From the IMG/VR virus record IMGVR_UViG_3300020050_002145: a stretch of DNA of 64,000 nucleotides. The stretch is one strand, 5' to 3'. Shown here in pieces: positions 49,247 through 59,525 of the stretch. How positions within the stretch are numbered: the stretch's first letter is position 1; every line of letters starts with the position of its first letter. The notes beneath the pieces are model-generated. The model saw only the letters and a program-made list of their open reading frames with translations, searched no databases and was not told the origin of the DNA. Source of the stretch: an uncultured virus (IMG/VR IMGVR_UViG_3300020050_002145) (Duplodnaviria > Heunggongvirae > Uroviricota > Caudoviricetes). Made by a program: the position numbers and the translations under genes.

Positions 49247-49380
49247 TAGGCAGAATCAGGTATCCAATTCTGCCTACTAAATATGTTAGTTCCCAAACGA
49301 GGTGTTGTCTGTGCTAACTGGTACGGTTATAGGGTCAACATTCATGCCCCGAGACACCCACTCATACCTAACGGTGTCTC
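49247..49380 (-). ncRNA. candidate multi-stem pseudoknotted leader RNA upstream of the helicase
   Basis: Four hairpins; the loop of the first (GUUAGGUAUG) is complementary to downstream UAAC and CGUACC. Confidence 0.5.
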
Positions 49381-49428
49381 TATTGGAAAATCAATTTCTA
49401 ATTTAACTCTTACTGCAAGTAACGTCAA

Positions 49429-49680
49429 CTACTTTTTAGTTTTTTGCTGTCCATTACGTGCTCTATTTTTCGAGGGGGACACCAACCTAATACCGTCGGC
49501 ATTGCTACCACCTTTACTCAACATAACCTTGTGGTCAATATCTTTACCTTTACGGTCAACACCTTTAGCATCTAACTTACGTCGTGCTCGTTGACGTTCC
49601 ATACGGTTCTCATGTTCGCCCCGCTTTACTTGCATATCGTACTCATGCTTGTAAGGTCTAGGTGATTTTGTGTAAGCCAT
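49429..49680 (-). CDS. small HNH endonuclease
   Basis: GKDIDHK..LSKGGSN...RLVSPS.NRARN. Confidence 0.8.
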   Translation of the reverse strand: MAYTKSPRPYKHEYDMQVKRGEHENRMERQRARRKLDAKGVDRKGKDIDHKVMLSKGGSNADGIRLVSPSKNRARNGQQKTKK

Positions 49681-49681
49681 A

Positions 49682-50350
49682 CTATGCCCTTCCATTGTGT
49701 GAACAAGTTAAGACAGAACAATGTTTCTTGCATAACCCGCTGGGCTTTGGATTCCACACATCATTATCGTAAGCGATTTTCATACGCTCATGCTGCTTAA
49801 CCCACTTACCCCATAGCACGTCCTGCTGCTCTGAATCATATTTACTTTTTACAAATGCGTTACATACTACAAATACTAATCCTGCTTTTACTTTCTTTAT
49901 TTCGGGAAAGTGTTTAAACACACATAGTGCCATCAACTCTAATTGATCTGGGTCAGCGTACTTAGCAGACTTACCTGTTTTGTAGTCAACTATTCGTGCT
50001 TCACCTTTGGCTCTATTAAGTACCAACAAGTCAGCGATTCCTCTAAACCATACGTTCTCATCTTTAAATCCGCATGGCTCTAAGTCTACCGTCACTCCCA
50101 TTTCAAACTCACAAATCTTCTCGCCTTCTAACTGCTTGAGGTTATCAAGCACTGGCTTCGCAAAGCCAAACTGTGGGGGCAGCGGCTTGTCATCTTTTAT
50201 GTATAACTCGGCAGCCTCATGAAACAATGTGCCGTACAGCATCGCTTCTGTTTCTGGTTCGACTACATCCTTTAATACCCTAAGGTGAAAGTACTTGCGT
50301 GGACATTGTTCAAACAACTTAATGCTGCTGTACGACCATTTAATAGTCAT
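49682..50350 (-). CDS. PD-(D/E)XK exonuclease (Cas4/RecB-like)
   Basis: WSYS.I..FEQCP, GT.FH, RGIADL, IVDYKTG, C-terminal C...C....C. Confidence 0.88.
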   Translation of the reverse strand: MTIKWSYSSIKLFEQCPRKYFHLRVLKDVVEPETEAMLYGTLFHEAAELYIKDDKPLPPQFGFAKPVLDNLKQLEGEKICEFEMGVTVDLEPCGFKDENVWFRGIADLLVLNRAKGEARIVDYKTGKSAKYADPDQLELMALCVFKHFPEIKKVKAGLVFVVCNAFVKSKYDSEQQDVLWGKWVKQHERMKIAYDNDVWNPKPSGLCKKHCSVLTCSHNGRA

Positions 50351-51066
50351 CGTATTCTTCCTGATAATTTTCTTTCACTTCCGAATGTAACTCCGCCCGA
50401 TTGTCCATGCTCAAACCTAGCACTTCTTGCTGCTTGATATGCTTCTAATGTTTTAGGGAAATAGCGGTGAGTAGGTATTGTTATTATATCTGTAGTCCAC
50501 CCTTCAACGTCGGTATCCAAACCCCATACAGGATTCAACCCACCTAAATCGGCTAAGACACCTTCATGCTTAACAACTGAAAACCTATCAGGAGTAAACA
50601 ACCCATAGCATTTAACCAGACCTTTGTGGTGTTGAACTATAGGATGAAATATAGCCTTCTCGCTAGAAGCTAACGGTATATCACCAAGCAATATCAACCC
50701 ACTTGTGCCGTACTGTTTACTATAAGAATCTTCAAAGTCAGGTAGCACTCCACCCCAATCATGTAGCTGTACAAGTTTATCAAAGTCACGCTTAAACGCT
50801 TTCGGGTCACCCTTAACTTCTACGTACACGTGGCTACCATGCCCACCGTAGTTAGGTAAGTAAAAGTCAGGTAAGTATCTTTCCTTGTGGCTCTTTATTA
50901 TAGTGCCTGTGTCATCCCATTCATCTACTATTTCTCGCTCGAATCCCTGATACTCGTACTTCCACTCAATGCCTAACGTGTCAAAGAATACAGCCCAACG
51001 TGCTTCCAAACGTGATCGAAACGCATACCCTTTGTAATTGGTTTCAATAGCTCTAATCTCGCTCAT
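50347..51066 (-). CDS. PD-(D/E)XK endonuclease
   Basis: FRSRLEARWAVFFD...W.YE...YLPDFYL...VEVKG. Confidence 0.8.
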   Translation of the reverse strand: MSEIRAIETNYKGYAFRSRLEARWAVFFDTLGIEWKYEYQGFEREIVDEWDDTGTIIKSHKERYLPDFYLPNYGGHGSHVYVEVKGDPKAFKRDFDKLVQLHDWGGVLPDFEDSYSKQYGTSGLILLGDIPLASSEKAIFHPIVQHHKGLVKCYGLFTPDRFSVVKHEGVLADLGGLNPVWGLDTDVEGWTTDIITIPTHRYFPKTLEAYQAARSARFEHGQSGGVTFGSERKLSGRIR

Positions 51067-52904
51067 TAACATTCTCCATAGCTTTTACCTACACCGCTTT
51101 CGCAATTAACAGGAAGTCCTTTCGCCCATGCCGGAGTCCAACGCATACACTCCTCAACATATTTACGTGCTTCTTCGACCTCTGCATCCGGTACTACACA
51201 CGCTATCGCATCATGAACTGTTAAGACAACTCTGTATCTCTCAGAAATCTTAAGCATTTGTTCACCAATGATACACCTAGCAATAGCTTGACACACGTTC
51301 TCAATTACTTTACCGCCATAAATCCTAGTACGACCTCGCCTAGTTTTATATGAGAACTCCACACCCTTCTCACCCTGATCAAAGCTCAACTCGTCATATC
51401 GTAATAACAACTTATTAGGTAGCCGTATCGCTGTTTCTTTTGGTACGACCTCAAGCACACCCTTCCTACCCAACGGTGCAGGTTCACCTCGTGCCATAGC
51501 CACCAACACGTTCTGGGCTTCCCGCCATATATTAGTTATCTGATAGTTTGTTTTACGATAGATGTCTATGATCCTACGGGCCTCATCCAACGTAATAACT
51601 GCGTTTGACATACTAGTTAGCTGTGCCTGAAACTTAGCCGCACCCATGCCATATCCTGCTCCAAGAATTGTCGTCTTACCAACAAACCTTTCTACAGGTG
51701 TAATGTCCCCCTCTTTCTTTCCATAGATTGCCGCTGCCATTTTCTTGTACACATCTTTACCTTCGGCAAACGCTTTCACTAAGTCGTCTTGACCTGCAAG
51801 CCATGCAAGTACACGTGCCTCAATTTGTGCAGAGTCAGCATCTATGATGCTACACCCGGGGGGAGCTTTGATCGCTAACTTTAACTTGTTAGCATTTGTT
51901 CCTCTACTCGGCAAGTTCTGTAGGTTGATCTTATCGTCCCCACCCCACCTACCTGTGTGTGCTGCGTAATACTTAATCGGCACGGGCATTGTTCCACGTG
52001 AAGCAATATCTATGAATCTGTCAGTACGTGTTTCCTCTAACGTGCTCTTCGTACCCAATCTTGCCGCTACAAGTAACTGCACTTTCGGCTCAGAATGTTC
52101 AGTCAATGCTTTGAACTCCTCATCATTCTTTGCCAAAGCGAGTGTTTCCTTGCCAGTTGTTGCACTAATTTTTACTGGAGGCGTTACGCCAAGAGATCGT
52201 AGAGCATCTGCAAACTTGTTATTGGACATCAATAACTCTTTAGCCTCGTCCTTCGGTATACCGATAGCTTCGTACAGTGCATCTTTAGTAGCCGCTATAT
52301 CTTCTTTGTGTTGTAGTAGAAGTTTGTTATCAAGCCTGAGAACCGGCTCGGTAAACATGCGTAAGGTTAAGTTAATAAGATGTAGTTCCTTCTTCGGGAA
52401 ATTAGGTAACATCTTTTGGAATAGTGCGTAAGTTAGTTCTACGTCGTTAATGCAGTAGTCACCGTATTCAGAAAGTTGTTGTGGAGTAAAGTCCTCTCGA
52501 CGCAAACCCATCGCCCACTTAGTAGCGTCACCCTTTACACCTAGCTCGTACCTCTCAGCCAATGCGCCAAGCGACCCACCCACCTCGACACCATGAATAG
52601 CTCTGCCCATACACAAAGTATCGACCCAAAACTTTGGACGTATATCGAATATCCAATTAAGTATAGCTCCGTCAAACATCGCATTGTGTGCTAATACAAT
52701 TGAATCTTCCCAGCTATACTCATCCAACCACCGCTTAAGTTCTTGTGCTGTGCCTGATGCCCATTCGGTTTCACCCTTGCCGTTCTTAACAGCTACACCG
52801 ATAACATGGAACTCAGGATGTCTGACGTACTCTTCTGTCGTCATCTTTGCAAAACCCACCTCTTTACTAAAGTAAGTTTCAAAGTCAATCGTTAGTATGT
52901 TCAC
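51066..52904 (-). CDS. polA: DNA polymerase, family A, with 3'-5' exonuclease
   Basis: Exonuclease motifs DFET, HNA.FD, Y..ND; motif A DSAQIEARVLA; motif B R..GKTTILG..YG; motif C VHD. Confidence 0.95.
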   Translation of the reverse strand: MNILTIDFETYFSKEVGFAKMTTEEYVRHPEFHVIGVAVKNGKGETEWASGTAQELKRWLDEYSWEDSIVLAHNAMFDGAILNWIFDIRPKFWVDTLCMGRAIHGVEVGGSLGALAERYELGVKGDATKWAMGLRREDFTPQQLSEYGDYCINDVELTYALFQKMLPNFPKKELHLINLTLRMFTEPVLRLDNKLLLQHKEDIAATKDALYEAIGIPKDEAKELLMSNNKFADALRSLGVTPPVKISATTGKETLALAKNDEEFKALTEHSEPKVQLLVAARLGTKSTLEETRTDRFIDIASRGTMPVPIKYYAAHTGRWGGDDKINLQNLPSRGTNANKLKLAIKAPPGCSIIDADSAQIEARVLAWLAGQDDLVKAFAEGKDVYKKMAAAIYGKKEGDITPVERFVGKTTILGAGYGMGAAKFQAQLTSMSNAVITLDEARRIIDIYRKTNYQITNIWREAQNVLVAMARGEPAPLGRKGVLEVVPKETAIRLPNKLLLRYDELSFDQGEKGVEFSYKTRRGRTRIYGGKVIENVCQAIARCIIGEQMLKISERYRVVLTVHDAIACVVPDAEVEEARKYVEECMRWTPAWAKGLPVNCESGVGKSYGEC

Positions 52905-53007
52905 TCGTTCCCCTCAGTAAAATAATAAACTGCTGCCGCTACAGCTAAACAAGCTATCGCTACTCCAAAACATGCACCCGCTAACATCAATATGAATTCG
53001 GCTATGA

Positions 53008-53217
53008 TCATTTTCCACACACCCTTTTCTTTGCTGCTGTTAAATTAGAATCGAACCACCACTTAATACACATATCGTCTACGTGCTTAATACTAAGTGC
53101 GTTCATACCATCAACAACTCCTCGCTCGTACTCAGCCTTCATACTATCTTGTACACCCGACACTACACCGATAACTATTAAGATGACACCGAATAGAAAC
53201 CATACCTTATCCATCAC
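53008..53217 (-). CDS. small membrane protein
   Basis: N-terminal TM segment; GGAGG RBS. Confidence 0.6.
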   Translation of the reverse strand: MMDKVWFLFGVILIVIGVVSGVQDSMKAEYERGVVDGMNALSIKHVDDMCIKWWFDSNLTAAKKRVCGK

Positions 53218-53229
53218 AGCCTCCTAACT

Positions 53230-53511
53230 TTAATCATTCTTACCTCTAGCTCGGATAAGATCACCCAACTTCTCAATATCAACGCACTCATCTGCCAACT
53301 TCGCACACGCTTCACGTTCGTCCGCCACAGCTTGCACCATATCGAACAACATCTTTATACCAATCTGTTCTTCTATATGCGTCGCAACTAAGGCAGCAAA
53401 CCTAATAAGCTCATCATCATAAGTACCGAAGTCACACCAAACAATATTGTCATTGTCTACGTCAAACCCTGCTTCTTTTGCCATACGGATAAAGTCATCA
53501 TTAGTTAACAT
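53230..53511 (-). CDS. hypothetical phage protein (EREACA family)
   Basis: IRMAKEAG...RFA.LV...EREACA...IRARG. Confidence 0.75.
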   Translation of the reverse strand: MLTNDDFIRMAKEAGFDVDNDNIVWCDFGTYDDELIRFAALVATHIEEQIGIKMLFDMVQAVADEREACAKLADECVDIEKLGDLIRARGKND

Positions 53512-53679
53512 TATTTTTTCTCCTTCACGCAAGTGAATCTATCCGTAGCATCTTGTATGTAGCCACGCTCTTCACACTCTTTGGCTATGTCTTTAAAGTT
53601 ACGCATGTCAGTAAACGCACAACCCATGCCGTACACTGCGAACCCAACTAACGTACCTATCAACACAGCACCAATTATT

Positions 53680-54060
53680 CTACCTAACTGTTCCATACGC
53701 ACTCTCCTTACCTAATTTATCGGTTAACTTCTTACGCTCGGCTATAAGTTTCTTTGAGTTCGCTGCCGACTCTTGCTTCTTTCTTTTTATTGTGGCTCTA
53801 CGTCGTTCATTTTGTTTTTGTTTAGCCTTTAAGAATATCTTGTCCTCATCTGTTAACCATTGACGCTCACCCTGTGCGGCTATCCACGCATTAAAAAACG
53901 TACCCATCAACGGCTTATTAAAATCAGGCGGCTTACCGAAATCGGCTTTGAAGTGTTCTATAAATTCTTCTCTAGCAACCTGTGCTTCTTTAGTCAACGA
54001 TGCTTTCTTACGTTCTAAATCTCTTTGCATCGCTGCTTCAGGATCATCTTTATCTGTCAT
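53680..54060 (-). CDS. hypothetical basic protein
   Basis: GAGG RBS; lies within the operon. Confidence 0.6.
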   Translation of the reverse strand: MTDKDDPEAAMQRDLERKKASLTKEAQVAREEFIEHFKADFGKPPDFNKPLMGTFFNAWIAAQGERQWLTDEDKIFLKAKQKQNERRRATIKRKKQESAANSKKLIAERKKLTDKLGKESAYGTVR

Positions 54061-54626
54061 GTAAGTAACCTCTCTTAAATAAGTATTCGTTGTACGGCTT
54101 CGCACCCTTTGCGATCAACTCCCTAACAAGATAACCTTTGTTGTTGTGTCTACCAAATCCCGGACCGACGTAATACTTCTCACTATAATGTGGTAGGTAC
54201 GTGATCCCATTAAGACGATACACCGTGTATGCGTCCTTCTCAGCCATGTTGTAACTTTGGACTCCCATGATGCTCCTATGTCGTTAAATAAATTATGGTG
54301 TTAAATGCAATGAAGGTTAAGAAAATATACAACAAACATTTCTCTACACTTATCTCTGGTTGTATCTTCTCTTCTAACAACACGCTTTGCATTAACTCTT
54401 CCTCTTCGGATACATCTTTATCTATGTGGTACTGCCATACATAATGCGATCCGATTACGATAGGCGGCTCTTTAATAAACTTACCATCTCGCAACATCTC
54501 CATTCTCCTTCTCACGTTTTATATCTTCGTTCTTGCGTCGTGCATCGACCACCTTCTGTTTTATTTTTGCGGCTTGCTGCTTAGTAAACAACTGCAACTT
54601 ACCGATTATTGTTTTGTCCTGCTCTT

Positions 54627-54995
54627 TCATGCAAACCATTTCCGTAAGTACTTTGTTATTAGTGAAAACACACCGACCGGCTCAGGGCTGCTTTCTACCC
54701 CATACGGCAACTTGTTAAGATGATGTTCATGTATGCGTCGATTTTGTTTCTGTATGTGTAGCAGTTCTGTTGAAGTAATCTTGTATGGTTGTGGCGGGGT
54801 AACGTGCTTGGGCGCAGTGCTGCTCTTAGCAACTGGCTTCGCTTTCTTATCAGCCACACGATCCTTGTATCGAATCGTGTAAACAAACTGTGGTGAAACA
54901 TTAAGTCGTTTGGCTATGTCCTTAACTGGTGCGCCTAGCTCTAACATCTTTCTAATACGTGATGTCTTGGTTGGTATACGTTTGGTTTTTGTCAT
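54627..54995 (-). CDS. helix-turn-helix DNA-binding protein
   Basis: IRKMLELGAPVKDIAKRLNVSPQFVYTIR; preceded by the 20-bp palindrome. Confidence 0.75.
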   Translation of the reverse strand: MTKTKRIPTKTSRIRKMLELGAPVKDIAKRLNVSPQFVYTIRYKDRVADKKAKPVAKSSTAPKHVTPPQPYKITSTELLHIQKQNRRIHEHHLNKLPYGVESSPEPVGVFSLITKYLRKWFA

Positions 54996-55004
54996 GTCTA
55001 TCCT

Positions 55005-55304
55005 TTAAATAGTTAGTAAGCTTACTAACTTTGTTTGTAAATTGTCTACGTTGGTTTCATCTACCACCAGCGAAATTCCGCCCGATAGTTCTATATCCCT
55101 TAAGTTCTTTTCTTGTAACGGGGTAGGCTTATTGCCATTAGCCTTACATTCAATACCAACAAACCTACCCTTGATACACGCAAGAAAGTCAGGTGCACCT
55201 GAGTTCCCATACCCGCTTGTGACAGGCATGGAATAGTATGCACCCAACTTATCTAGCAACTTACGGACTTGGTTCTTTACTCTCCTCTCGGGAGTCATTG
55301 CCAT
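55005..55304 (-). CDS. VRR-NUC / Holliday junction resolvase-like nuclease
   Basis: TPE..VK, G.SG.PDF..C..G.FVGIECKA...PT.LQ. Confidence 0.88.
   Translation of the reverse strand: MAMTPERRVKNQVRKLLDKLGAYYSMPVTSGYGNSGAPDFLACIKGRFVGIECKANGNKPTPLQEKNLRDIELSGGISLVVDETNVDNLQTKLVSLLTI
55011..55030. repeat. 20-bp perfect palindrome AGTTAGTAAGCTTACTAACT, copy 1 of 7
   Basis: Exact match; overlaps the last codons of VRR-NUC. Confidence 0.95.
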
Positions 55305-55779
55305 AATCTTCTCCGTCACTTGCGTAAATCCAAAACGTGTAACTGTTTATGCGTCTACCCACACCAACAACTTCCTCGTTGCGTTGATCTGGATTAAACA
55401 ACATTAACGTAGCTAACTTCCTCTTCATCCACTCAGGTAACTTATCTATTGTGGTAGAAAAAGTATGATCTAATGTATCAGAATCTCTGCCCCATGTGAT
55501 TGCATTTACTAATCCATTATCAGATATTGATAGTCTAAATGTTTTAGCATCCATAGGCGACTCGATACAGTGCATGAACATATCTAACATGTTGTCGTAT
55601 GGCATAACAACTTGTAGTGCACCTGCATCCTTCAAGTCCTCAAGTACTAGTCTAGGTAACGCTTGTTCATCTAACCTACGAAACGTAGAACTAATAGCTA
55701 TAGATAAAGACATGTAATTATCTGCACCTCGTTGTTGTTGCATCAACTGATCCCATACGTTCTCGTATTCTTTAATCAT
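55261..55779 (-). CDS. hypothetical protein
   Basis: LP.WM.RKLA.L....V.GVG.RI....FW; C-terminus resembles that of the upstream gene. Confidence 0.7.
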   Translation of the reverse strand: MIKEYENVWDQLMQQQRGADNYMSLSIAISSTFRRLDEQALPRLVLEDLKDAGALQVVMPYDNMLDMFMHCIESPMDAKTFRLSISDNGLVNAITWGRDSDTLDHTFSTTIDKLPEWMKRKLATLMLFNPDQRNEEVVGVGRRINSYTFWIYASDGEDYGNDSREESKEPSP

Positions 55780-56726
55780 GATCTCTCCAACCAAAACATT
55801 CTAGGGGATACCTTGTAGCCAACACTCTCAACATACTGATCGTTGTTCAAGATAGACAGAACGGCAATCTTACCTTGTATATCTTCTGGTAAGTCACTAG
55901 CAGGTATGCTCTTCATGTTCTCCGCTGTAGTAGGTTCGCTATACATACGATAAGACAGGTTCTTAACCTTACTCACCTCGCATATATCTGCATACGTTGT
56001 ATCACCCATCATACGTAGTGAAACAAAATACGAATCACCTACTCGTTGCTTGGCTTGTTTTACTGCATCACGTACCTCAGTAAACTTGGAAGCCGCTTCG
56101 ATAAACTTAGGGGTAGTAAACTGCACACCTTGTCTTATCAGATGTTCCAACTCTGCAGCTATCTCGTCTGAATATGTTAATGGTCTAAGCAAGTCACGTT
56201 GCGCCGACTCGTACTTGTGCTCATTATTGTTTAACGTGTTCTTGTATTGCTCAACAGATATAGCAAGCAACTCTCTAGCAGAGTACGGTAACAGCGCAGA
56301 CCTAGCCGTCTTAACAGCTTTAGTAATGTCAGCAGTAAACATACGATGATGTTGGTCACGATGTTCGCTGTACTTGTTATTAGCTATGTGACGACTTGTT
56401 ACCACGTACATATTATCTGCACGTAGCTCCACACCATACGTTGTGCCATACCCGATGTAACCCAGTATCACCTCGCAGTTATCTACATACACAGTAACAT
56501 CTGAGTATGCGGGAGGTGTGTTACCGATACGTATGATTCTGTTAAGTTCATGATTGGCATGGTACTTAACTTGTGGATACTTCTTACGCAACTCTAAACA
56601 AAAGTCTAGCAGTCCCTCGACCACAGGTATACCGTCCACCCAGAATGGATAGTCGGTTGTGTTTGTATCTTTAGGTACGTCGATCTTACCTAGTGTGTCT
56701 ACTAATTGTGCTAATTTGTTTCCCAT
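55776..56726 (-). CDS. hypothetical protein
   Basis: 316 aa; SR.I.N.KY; LPEDI.GKIAVL....YVE.VG.KV....FW. Confidence 0.8.
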   Translation of the reverse strand: MGNKLAQLVDTLGKIDVPKDTNTTDYPFWVDGIPVVEGLLDFCLELRKKYPQVKYHANHELNRIIRIGNTPPAYSDVTVYVDNCEVILGYIGYGTTYGVELRADNMYVVTSRHIANNKYSEHRDQHHRMFTADITKAVKTARSALLPYSARELLAISVEQYKNTLNNNEHKYESAQRDLLRPLTYSDEIAAELEHLIRQGVQFTTPKFIEAASKFTEVRDAVKQAKQRVGDSYFVSLRMMGDTTYADICEVSKVKNLSYRMYSEPTTAENMKSIPASDLPEDIQGKIAVLSILNNDQYVESVGYKVSPRMFWLERS

Positions 56727-57112
56727 GATTCACCCCTTAATTAAACATTAGAAAAATTACAATCGCAAAACATAACAGCATGATCACCACATCCATATCA
56801 TCTGCGTCCATGCTGCACCTCCCGCACCTTACTTTGTTGCAACCTATACTCACGCAACAACTTTGCTACTACTGATCTATGTGCTACCTCATGCTTGCGG
56901 TATTTAACTTTCATAGCGATCCCCTGAAGTTATCGCACTTGATAACTTTACTTTGCCATCTACACGCTTGACCTCCATAGTCCCATCGGCTAACTCGTGC
57001 ATAGTTTGTACAGATACAAGCAGCAGACGTTCTAAGAACCTAATCTTAGATAACAAGTACAGGTTGTACACACCCAACCCGAAACAGATAACACCTAATA
57101 AGATAATGTCAG

Positions 57113-58318
57113 TCATGATAGTTCCTCTGAAGATACATGGATTGTGTAACCTACTGGTGCAGTAGTACTAGCGTTGTCAATGATTATCCATAGTGTAGGT
57201 ACAGACCACGTACCCCAATCACCACCTAAGTAACCATCAGTTATTATCACTACACCTTGTGGCTCATACCCCTTGTCAGCTACATAGTTCGACACGCATG
57301 TCACGTCAGTACCACCACCACCTACAGGTTTAGTAGTCCCGATCATTCCATCGTATGACCCATGCTCGTAGTACTCGTCACCACACACAGCAGTATCCCA
57401 ATACAAGATGCGGATACCTTCAGGTTGTACTGAATCGGCAATGTTAGCCAACTCACCCAAGATGACAGCTATCTCACGTGCACCGATAGATCCCGACATA
57501 TCATTGGCAACTATTAACTCACCAACACGCATTGATATACCACTCGGCATGAAGATATTGCTACCTATATACCTACGGTTAGGTTTAGTCCATGTGCTGT
57601 AGTCACTACCCGAACATGTGTCAGTAATCCATTCACGCATAGCTTCTTTGTAGTCAACCTTACTAGCGATCAAGTCCTCGATCAAACGCTCACCACCTGA
57701 CCCTGTCTTACCTGCCAGTAATGCACCCTGACGTATAGCCTGATCAACTAACTGATTTATCTCGGCTTGCTCGGCTTCGCTCATCTCGTTAGCACCGTCC
57801 CAATCATGATGATCTAATGTTTCACCGCTACCACCGCCACCGGATTCATCATCTTGTGGCTCATCTTTCAGTAACTTGTAAACATGTGCTGCATCCATGT
57901 TGCGATACTCAGGATTGAGTAGACCACCCTTAGGCATGGTAATGAAACCCTCGCCCGCATCGTAGTCAACCAACTTGATGTTGATCACATAGTCACATGC
58001 TTTGTTAGCGAGCTTGTGATTCTGCTCATGCAAGTATTTGTATGTTGTCAGATGACGTAGCAGTACATGAAAGCACTCATGCAGTACCAAGAACCTAAGG
58101 TCGGAATCGGACATACTATCTACGAACTTATCCGAATACCATGTGTCCTTACCATCGGTAGCTGCTGTTATGATTGACTTGTACCCATCCTCAACAACTT
58201 CATGTTTACCAATCATGACTATGCTACCTATGGCATCGTACTTATCGTTACCTAGTATGTCAGAGATAGCTTTCATAACCCTTTGTGCAGGGGTTAGCTG
58301 CTTACCTATCATTAACAT
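57113..58318 (-). CDS. metallopeptidase-like + VWA domain protein (DUF2201-like)
   Basis: TAATDG, LHECFH..L.H, N.ACDYVIN; MIDAS DMSGS, GGGTD, ITDG. Confidence 0.88.
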   Translation of the reverse strand: MLMIGKQLTPAQRVMKAISDILGNDKYDAIGSIVMIGKHEVVEDGYKSIITAATDGKDTWYSDKFVDSMSDSDLRFLVLHECFHVLLRHLTTYKYLHEQNHKLANKACDYVINIKLVDYDAGEGFITMPKGGLLNPEYRNMDAAHVYKLLKDEPQDDESGGGGSGETLDHHDWDGANEMSEAEQAEINQLVDQAIRQGALLAGKTGSGGERLIEDLIASKVDYKEAMREWITDTCSGSDYSTWTKPNRRYIGSNIFMPSGISMRVGELIVANDMSGSIGAREIAVILGELANIADSVQPEGIRILYWDTAVCGDEYYEHGSYDGMIGTTKPVGGGGTDVTCVSNYVADKGYEPQGVVIITDGYLGGDWGTWSVPTLWIIIDNASTTAPVGYTIHVSSEELS

Positions 58319-58339
58319 GTTTCACCTCGTTGTGGTTAG

Positions 58340-58359
58340 AGTTAGTAAGCTTACTAACT
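58340..58359. repeat. 20-bp palindrome, copy 2
   Basis: Exact match between the AAA and VWA genes. Confidence 0.95.
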
Positions 58360-59453
58360 TACTTCTTATCAGCGGCAAATGCAAAGTTATTAGCCAAGCA
58401 CCATGCAGTAAACTTGCCGTTCGTCATAACATCTGACTGCTTGCTGTACGCAGGACGCTTCACCTGCTGTGCGAACATCATCTGTAACTCAGGATGTAAA
58501 CGTGATGAGTAGTCCATCCACGCATCCATCCAACTACGTTCAATCGTAGACAATGTGCGATACACCACCATCGCAGCAGCAACCGGACTAGTCGGCACAC
58601 GTGCACCATGCGGGTCTTTCTTGATCTCATCAATGCTTGGCAACTGATCATGTGTTCTCACGTATGTAGCCAACTCAGCAGCGGCCGGTGCACCTATCGT
58701 ACCTATCAGTGCAGCAGTTAATGCTGTGTCGTCGAACTGATCACGCACCAACAACCAATCGGATGCGGCATGTAATGATCTGTTAGTACAAAATGATGTA
58801 CGTGACTTATCCAGAGGATGATAGATATATACGTTATCCTTAGGATCTTTTACGTCCTCATACGATGCGAACAACTCAGGCTTATCTGCACACCATGCGA
58901 TCAACGCAGGGTCTAGTCCATTCGGTATTGCAAAGTCCTCGATGAACTCGACATTGGTTGACTTACGCATACGTACTACAGTCATACGGTTACGTGCATG
59001 TGGCGGTAACAAGTCACCCACACCTTCGCTTGCAATGTTAGTAGTACCAAACACAATGCTGTCGGGATGTAACTTGTACGAACCGAACTCACGTTCTTGA
59101 AAGATACGTAGACATGCGTTCTTCACAGCGGGGTTCATCTTACCCACCTCGTCAAACATTAAGATGACAGGCTTACCTAGATGAATACCTAGCTCTTCGT
59201 TAGGTATGAACCGCACGAACCCTTGCTCATCAATAGTTTGCAAGCTAGGGATAGCCATGTCACCCAAGTCCTTAGTCGTACCATCAAAGTAGACAGGGAC
59301 ATGTTTAGGTAATCGCTTGGCTAACATCTTAAGCAGTGTAGATTTACCTGAACCCATGTGACCTTGCACTAGGGTAGTACGGCTACGATTTGCCATCATC
59401 AACTGACAGGCTTGGGTTAGGTTTACTTGGTACAACTGGGCTGCGTTTGACAT
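58359..59453 (-). CDS. MoxR/dynein-related AAA+ ATPase
   Basis: GHMGSGKS Walker A, LMFDE Walker B, GTTN sensor, RNR arginine finger, TNRS. Confidence 0.9.
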   Translation of the reverse strand: MSNAAQLYQVNLTQACQLMMANRSRTTLVQGHMGSGKSTLLKMLAKRLPKHVPVYFDGTTKDLGDMAIPSLQTIDEQGFVRFIPNEELGIHLGKPVILMFDEVGKMNPAVKNACLRIFQEREFGSYKLHPDSIVFGTTNIASEGVGDLLPPHARNRMTVVRMRKSTNVEFIEDFAIPNGLDPALIAWCADKPELFASYEDVKDPKDNVYIYHPLDKSRTSFCTNRSLHAASDWLLVRDQFDDTALTAALIGTIGAPAAAELATYVRTHDQLPSIDEIKKDPHGARVPTSPVAAAMVVYRTLSTIERSWMDAWMDYSSRLHPELQMMFAQQVKRPAYSKQSDVMTNGKFTAWCLANNFAFAADKK

Positions 59454-59503
59454 ATAACACCTCTATAAAAGATTAAATTAAACAACAAAGGAACTACACA
59501 AAT

Positions 59504-59523
59504 AGTTAGTAAGCTTACTAACT
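59504..59523. repeat. 20-bp palindrome, copy 3
   Basis: Exact match between the DUF3150-like and AAA genes. Confidence 0.95.
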
Positions 59524-59525
59524 TG

